A stretch of 63,270 nt of DNA from an uncultured Porticoccaceae bacterium (GTDB taxonomy: Bacteria; Pseudomonadota; Gammaproteobacteria; Pseudomonadales; GM7GCV1), in assembly GCA_964623085.1 (NCBI GenBank), contig CAZUTO010000006.1, positions 16,556 through 79,825 of the forward strand, written 5' to 3'. A program made the position numbers and the translations under genes. This document shows positions 58,038-63,270 of the stretch, piece by piece. The notes beneath the pieces are model-generated. The model was given only the letters and a program-made list of their open reading frames with translations, was not told where the DNA came from and made no database searches. The first letter of the stretch is position 1, and every line of letters starts with the position of its first letter.

Positions 58038-58970
58038 ATGAAGCACACTGATATTAACCGCAGACAGTTTCTAAAATCTGGCGCACTGGCTGCATCAGGT
58101 GCGGCTTTGCCACTGAAGGCTTTTTCACAAGAGAAAATGCAAGAAAGACTGATTCCGGGGACCACAGAATCGCTGCCTGTGATCGGCTTGGGTGCCCCGA
58201 GTATTTTTATCAACCTTCCTGAGGAGGGCAGAGAACTGCCTAAATCGGTTATCCAAACCATGGTGGATATGGGAGGAAGGCTCATCGATACGCCCGCGTT
58301 TTTTCGACCGAACCCGCCAGTGATTGGTGAATTGCTCGGCGAGATGGGGCTGACAGACGAGCTATTTTTAGCCGGTAAAATCACCGTTAATGGACGCGAG
58401 GCGGCCATTAATCATTTTGAAAAGACCGTTGCCAATCTCAATAAGCGCCCTATTGATTTACTGCTTATCCATAACATGCGTGAGCTGGAGCAAAACTGGC
58501 CAATGTTGAAAGAATGGAAAGAGCAGGGACGCGTTAGATATATAGGCGTGAGTTTGACGCGCAGAACCGACTACTCGCCGCTTGAAGATTTTATGAAAGC
58601 GGAACAACCCGATTTCATTATGACCGGATATTCAATTACCCAGCAAGGCCCGGCAGAACGAGTTTTGCCGTTGGCGCGGGACTTAGGTATAGGTGTGATT
58701 GGTGCCGAGCCCTTCAAAGCAGTTAATGATGGCGCATTCTTCAGTATGGTGGCGGATGCCGAGCTGCCGGAATGGGTGGCGGAGTTCGGCTGTGATACCT
58801 GGGCGAAGTATGCGCTCAAATGGATTCTCGCAGACCCGGCGATGACCAGCGTGGTGACCGAAACCAGCAAAGTAAAACACGTGATCGACAATATGGGCGC
58901 AGGATTCGGCTCGTTGCCCGATGAAGCAACGCGCAAGCGAATGTCGGATCATCTTTTAGCGCTCGCCTAA
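58038..58970 (+). CDS. Aldo/keto reductase with Tat signal peptide
   Basis: INRRQFLK twin-arginine motif, LPVIGLG, LIDT, IDLLLIHN and GRVRYIGVS; ATG 58038 after an AGGGGAG RBS. Confidence 0.88.
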   Translation: MKHTDINRRQFLKSGALAASGAALPLKAFSQEKMQERLIPGTTESLPVIGLGAPSIFINLPEEGRELPKSVIQTMVDMGGRLIDTPAFFRPNPPVIGELLGEMGLTDELFLAGKITVNGREAAINHFEKTVANLNKRPIDLLLIHNMRELEQNWPMLKEWKEQGRVRYIGVSLTRRTDYSPLEDFMKAEQPDFIMTGYSITQQGPAERVLPLARDLGIGVIGAEPFKAVNDGAFFSMVADAELPEWVAEFGCDTWAKYALKWILADPAMTSVVTETSKVKHVIDNMGAGFGSLPDEATRKRMSDHLLALA

Positions 58971-59068
58971 TAATCTATCGGTACAAAAATATTTCGAGCG
59001 GCATTCATTGAGAATAATGCAATGATTGCCTATTCTATCGTCCACTACTTACGCTTCATGGCAGACCA

Positions 59069-60556
59069 ATGACAGAAGACTTAAAAATACCTGTTGGATA
59101 CACCAAAACCGAAAAGGACTCCGTCGCGGAGATTTCACTTAGTTTGAAGCGAGCGAACCGTCACGGTTTAATCGCTGGTGCTACTGGCACGGGCAAAACC
59201 GTGACCTTACAGGCACTGGCGGAAAGCTTTTCCAGCCAAGGCGTGCCTGTATTTTTGGCGGATGTTAAGGGCGACGTATCGGGTATAAGTCAAGCTGGCA
59301 AGACGCATCCAAAGGTCAATGAGCGCTTCGAAGCCATGGGCTTGCCAACGGATGCCTGGGCCGGCTGCCCCACTATATTTTGGGATCTGTACGGAAAAAA
59401 AGGCCACCCGATCAGGGCCACGATTTCTGATATGGGCCCGGTTCTATTGGCCCGCCTATTGAGCCTAAATGAAACGCAAGAGGGCATTCTCCAAATCGCC
59501 TTTGCTGTGGCTGATGATCAAGGACTGCTTCTGCTCGATTTAAAAGACCTTCGTACCATGCTTCAGCATGTTGCGGATAATGCGGCTGATTTGCGAACCA
59601 TGTACGGCAACGTCTCGTCGACTTCCGTGGGCGCGATTCAACGACGACTGCTTATGTTGCAGCGCAGTGGCGCAAAACGTTTCTTCGGCGAACCTATGCT
59701 CGATATCAACGACCTAATGAAGGTGGATGAAGACGGCAAAGGTTATATAAACGTGCTTGTTGCCAATAAGTTGGTTCAGGAGCCAGCGCTTTATTCAACG
59801 ATGTTGCTTTGGCTGCTGTCTGAATTTTTTGAAAAGCTCCCTGAAGTCGGAGATCCAGAAAAACCTAAATTAGTGCTGTTTTTTGATGAAGCACATTTGA
59901 TGTTCACAGATGCACCCAAGGTGCTTATTACTAAAGTAGAGCAAGTTGTTCGATTAATTCGTTCAAAAGGTGTTGGGGTCTATTTTATCACTCAAAGTCC
60001 AAGCGATATTCCCGACAGCGTGCTTAGCCAGCTCGGTAATCGCGTTCAGCATGCGTTGCGAGCCTTTACACCAAAAGAACAAAAGGCAGTGAAGACGGCA
60101 GCGGATACGTTTCGATCGGATGGTAGCTTTTCTGTGAAAGACGCCATCAGCGAGATGGGCGTGGGTGAAGCCCTCGTCTCGACGCTCATGGGGAATGGCG
60201 CACCATCAGTCGTGAAGCGCACCATGGTTAAACCGCCTGTGTCCAGAATTGGCCCCGCCAAAAAAGCAGAGCATGATGCTGTCGTGGCGGAGAGCCCGAT
60301 TACAGGCATCTACGATGAAACCATCGATCGTGAGTCCGCCTTCGAAATGTTGAGCGCACGAGTGACGGCGCAAGCGGAGGAAGCGAATAAAGCGAAGCCT
60401 TCGGCAAAACGAACACTCGATAAGCCTAAGCCCAAAGCTAAAAGCAATCGCCAAGGTGTGGGCGAGGCCTTTATTAAAAGTATGGCGCGCAGCCTTGGCA
60501 CCAAAGCGGGCACGTCTTTGCTTCGCGGGGTGATGGGCTCGCTTTTTAAAGGTTAG
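59069..60556 (+). CDS. DUF853/YjgR HerA-like P-loop ATPase
   Basis: NRHGLIAGATGTGKT, DVKGD.SG, FFDEAH, RLIRSKGVG and QHALRAFTP motifs. Confidence 0.93.
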   Translation: MTEDLKIPVGYTKTEKDSVAEISLSLKRANRHGLIAGATGTGKTVTLQALAESFSSQGVPVFLADVKGDVSGISQAGKTHPKVNERFEAMGLPTDAWAGCPTIFWDLYGKKGHPIRATISDMGPVLLARLLSLNETQEGILQIAFAVADDQGLLLLDLKDLRTMLQHVADNAADLRTMYGNVSSTSVGAIQRRLLMLQRSGAKRFFGEPMLDINDLMKVDEDGKGYINVLVANKLVQEPALYSTMLLWLLSEFFEKLPEVGDPEKPKLVLFFDEAHLMFTDAPKVLITKVEQVVRLIRSKGVGVYFITQSPSDIPDSVLSQLGNRVQHALRAFTPKEQKAVKTAADTFRSDGSFSVKDAISEMGVGEALVSTLMGNGAPSVVKRTMVKPPVSRIGPAKKAEHDAVVAESPITGIYDETIDRESAFEMLSARVTAQAEEANKAKPSAKRTLDKPKPKAKSNRQGVGEAFIKSMARSLGTKAGTSLLRGVMGSLFKG

Positions 60557-60637
60557 CGCTTGTCGGCGTATGTCCATGTAATGGCAGAAAACAGGCGAGC
60601 GGGGGAGCAGGATATTGATCGCGGAAGTGTATGCTTT

Positions 60638-61222
60638 TTAGAGGTCAGTTGTGTCGCTCAAAACTGAAATCGGGGTGTTCCAGCCATCACTTAACAGGTG
60701 CAAAAGTTTTTTCTTATCCTTAAGTTTGTGGCTAGAGCCTTCGCTGGTTTGCTGTTGGCGTTGGCCTTGCCCGCTTTTTATATCTTGCCAATTTTGTTTG
60801 AATAAATCTTGAATAGCCGTATGCAATTTCTCGTAAGAGGTTGCTAGTGTGTCCCGCTCGGAATCGAACTCAACTTCCTGTTGAATAATGATGTCCCCAG
60901 TATCTATGCCTTCGTCTAAATGATGGATCGTCACACCCTTGGGTGTGTCCTCTAAGAAGCTCCAGAAGTTCGGGTCAGCACCACGATTCCATGGGAGGTA
61001 AGAGATATGCAGGTTGATGGCCTTGTCTGGGAATAGGCTCAAAATATCGTTGCGGAGAATATGCCTATAGCCATAACTGATGAGAAAGGAATACCCTCGG
61101 TTCGAAACCACATCAGTGGAAAGTGCGTCCGATGTCTGAGCAACGTCTTCACCCTGTGCACGCAACCAAGCAATCAAGGGTGAATCTTCTGGGCCCAGAA
61201 ATAAAATGCTTTCTTGTGTCAC
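60638..61222 (-). CDS. Single-domain formyltransferase family protein
   Basis: SYGYRHI, INLHISYLPWNRG and GVTIH..DEGIDTGDI motifs; GTG start at 61222 after GGAGG. Confidence 0.85.
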   Translation of the reverse strand: MTQESILFLGPEDSPLIAWLRAQGEDVAQTSDALSTDVVSNRGYSFLISYGYRHILRNDILSLFPDKAINLHISYLPWNRGADPNFWSFLEDTPKGVTIHHLDEGIDTGDIIIQQEVEFDSERDTLATSYEKLHTAIQDLFKQNWQDIKSGQGQRQQQTSEGSSHKLKDKKKLLHLLSDGWNTPISVLSDTTDL

Positions 61223-61247
61223 TAGCACCTCCCCTATGAGGCGCGCA

Positions 61248-61718
61248 CTATTTCTGCGTGGCTCGCAACATCCATGCTGTTTTTTCATGGATACGCATAC
61301 GATCAGACACCAATGATGCAGTGGACTCATCGTCTGCGTCCTGCGCTACTTTTAAAACGTCACGCGACGTTTTAATCACTTGTTCGTGGGCTTGGGTTAG
61401 CAGCACAACCATGTCTGATGAACTTGGAACGCCATCGACTTCTTGTATAGAGCTAAGTTTTGCAAACTCTTTATATGTGCCAGGTGCAGGAATATCCAGC
61501 GTTCGAATGCGCTCAGCGATATCATCCACTGCAACAGCTAATTCAGTGTAATGCTCTTCAAACATGAGATGTAACTCGCGAAACTCCGACCCGGTCACAT
61601 TCCAGTGGAAATTATGAGTCTGCAAATATAACGTATAAGAATCAGCTAAGAGCCGCTTTAGACCATCGGCTATCGCCAATCGATTTTCTTTACTAATGCC
61701 AATATCTATATCCATCAT
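61248..61718 (-). CDS. dps: DNA starvation/stationary phase protection protein
   Basis: [22 protein letters not shown] and HEK.AWML motifs. Confidence 0.95.
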   Translation of the reverse strand: MMDIDIGISKENRLAIADGLKRLLADSYTLYLQTHNFHWNVTGSEFRELHLMFEEHYTELAVAVDDIAERIRTLDIPAPGTYKEFAKLSSIQEVDGVPSSSDMVVLLTQAHEQVIKTSRDVLKVAQDADDESTASLVSDRMRIHEKTAWMLRATQK

Positions 61719-61977
61719 ATAACAGCCTCGTATCTAATTTTTTGACGAACCATAAAACGTATCTCGGTATAACCGAAACCTAATATAGTTTAGCCTTTTC
61801 TGTTTATCTAGCGAATCGGAATCTACTATAGACCTGATAGCGAATCCGTTAAGAAACACTGGCGAGGCGCATGAGCGCTCACTTTTTTGGAAAGATACGG
61901 CAGATACTGTAGTCGCCAAAACCATCAAACGATGGGCGGGCACTCTTTATGAACATTACATAAAGATACTAAGAAGC

Positions 61978-62003
61978 GAAGCGGCGGCTAAGCCAGCCGC
62001 TCC
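61978..62003 (-). terminator. Hairpin downstream of csp (terminator or attC remnant)
   Basis: Minus strand GGAGCGGC-T-GGC-TTA-GCC-GCCGCTTC stem with only a weak U-tract. Confidence 0.45.
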
Positions 62004-62026
62004 GCGTGTGTTGTTATGTGCTAAAG

Positions 62027-62233
62027 CTAAACAGCAACAACCTTATTTGCGCAAGGCCCTTTTTGACCTTGGCCAACTTCGAATTCGACGGCTTGACCAT
62101 CATTCAGCGTGGCATATTCGCCGTCCGCTTGGATTTCTGAATAATGAACAAACAGGTCTTTACCACCGTCTTCCGGGGTAATAAAACCAAAGCCTTTATC
62201 CGCGTTGAACCATTTAACTGTGCCTTTACTCAT
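62027..62233 (-). CDS. Cold-shock protein (CspA family)
   Basis: GTVKWFN..KGFGFI (RNP1), LFVHYS (RNP2), GQKGP.A. Confidence 0.97.
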   Translation of the reverse strand: MSKGTVKWFNADKGFGFITPEDGGKDLFVHYSEIQADGEYATLNDGQAVEFEVGQGQKGPCANKVVAV

Positions 62234-62626
62234 TTTCTGTACTCTTTAATTATTGGTGAGGGATTAAAAAAATATACTCGAATTCACCAGTTCGAATATA
62301 AAGTCAAAAACAACAAAGGCGCACATCATGAAGCAAACAGGCGGGGTGTATCAAGTGCCATGCCGCAGGTTTGTTTGTAATGAGGGTTATGCGTCTTTAT
62401 GAATAGGATACGGGTTAATAGCATATAGAGATTGCTGCAATTGCGTCTACACGCATTGTTCCAAGAGTGGACGAAAAAAGCGAGAGATATAATTGCTAGA
62501 TATGTGGGCCCTGTCGGCGCGACAACCGCTAAAAAATGCAACAGGGCTAGTTCTTAAGATTGACCGTAACCAATTGATAAATATAGTATATTTTGCCATT
62601 AGCATCGCATTATCCATAAGCGTTAA

Positions 62627-62887
62627 TCAATAATCAGCCCGTACCATTTTAGGTAGATCTAATGCTTCTAGAAAATGTGCTACTAGCCGCGCACTGAGCG
62701 CTAGGGTTCTTCGGTGGTTCTTCACTTTTTGGCAAATATAATGCGGTATCAATGTGTATAAGCGGATTGTACCTGATAATTCGCCAGTGTCTAAAGTCGT
62801 ATCTTCCTTCAATTGCACTTGCTCTAGACTCAATTGGAACAAGCCGCCCGACGCATGTCATAGAAACTGCTTGCCATTGATTGGGAC
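62627..62887 (-). pseudogene. Internally deleted LysR-family regulator remnant
   Basis: One frame reads VPINGKQFL*HA...GELSGTIRL...HRRTLALSARLVAHFL, resembling the LysR linker helix, effector-domain start and C-terminus; in-frame TGA at 62858-62860; no HTH. Confidence 0.45.
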
Positions 62888-62902
62888 AGCAAAATCGCCT
62901 AG

Positions 62903-63270
62903 TTAGGTGCTTGCGGCTATTCTAATTCGCTCTGCGGGTATTCTTAGTTGAGCCAATAGGTACGCTTTGAATTCATCTTTATAGGGCTGTTGGTCTATTG
63001 CTTTTTCCATACAGCATAACCATGCTTCACTTTCTGCAACACCTACAGAAAGATGTCTGTGTGCTTGAGGTATGTTGATACTTCCATAATGTTCTGTATA
63101 TAGCCTTGGACCGCCAAGCCATCCAGACAAAAAGTAAGTGAGCTTTTTTCTAGACTCTGATAAATCATCTGGGTGCATATCTCTAATATGTTTTGATTCT
63201 TTAAACGTATCCATATTGCGATAAAAATCATCAACGAGCTGAGTGATACCCGCTAATTCCCCCGCCATAA
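62903..63270 (-). CDS. Group II truncated haemoglobin (5' end probably outside the window)
   Basis: LVDDFY, FLSGWLGGP.LY, proximal His in QAHRH, and the W..CM..A pattern. Confidence 0.88.
   Translation of the reverse strand, partial: MAGELAGITQLVDDFYRNMDTFKESKHIRDMHPDDLSESRKKLTYFLSGWLGGPRLYTEHYGSINIPQAHRHLSVGVAESEAWLCCMEKAIDQQPYKDEFKAYLLAQLRIPAERIRIAAST

Noticed and set aside
57462-60556. YtoQ (NDT-like) plus HerA-like ATPase as an anti-phage system
   Set aside because: The genes are on opposite strands and separated by the reductase; the ATPase is the widespread DUF853/YjgR type, with no nuclease or SIR2 partner.
61734-61943. 69-aa ORF upstream of dps
   Set aside because: No motif or clear RBS; more likely the dps promoter region.

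Overview
Origin-of-replication region of a Gammaproteobacterial chromosome, with a gene order resembling Pseudomonadales/Cellvibrionales-like marine bacteria (taxonomy is inferred). It carries polA; a complete caa3-type cytochrome c oxidase cluster with assembly genes; aroE-hemF-tsaC-purE-dprA-tsaP; def-fmt-rsmB-trkAH; lpxL; glyQS-plsC; gyrB-recF-dnaN-dnaA; rpmH-rnpA-yidD-yidC-mnmE; mnmG-rsmG-parAB; and the atpIBEFHAGDC operon. An accessory tail follows (YtoQ, Tat-exported aldo/keto reductase, DUF853 ATPase, formyltransferase, dps, csp, a LysR-like remnant and a truncated globin). Two perfect parS sites lie inside recF, and DnaA-box clusters occur both at dnaA-rpmH and at mnmE-mnmG. The most unusual element is a two-gene operon next to polA (3657-7869). 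It encodes a secreted TPR + NTF2/Csd6-like protein and a 1124-aa protein that appears to fuse a FimV/HubP polar landmark (signal peptide, FimV N-domain, LysM, TM, acidic linker) to a degenerate FimX-like GGDEF-EAL module, a candidate peptidoglycan-anchored c-di-GMP effector. All family assignments come from motif recognition by eye; no searches were run.
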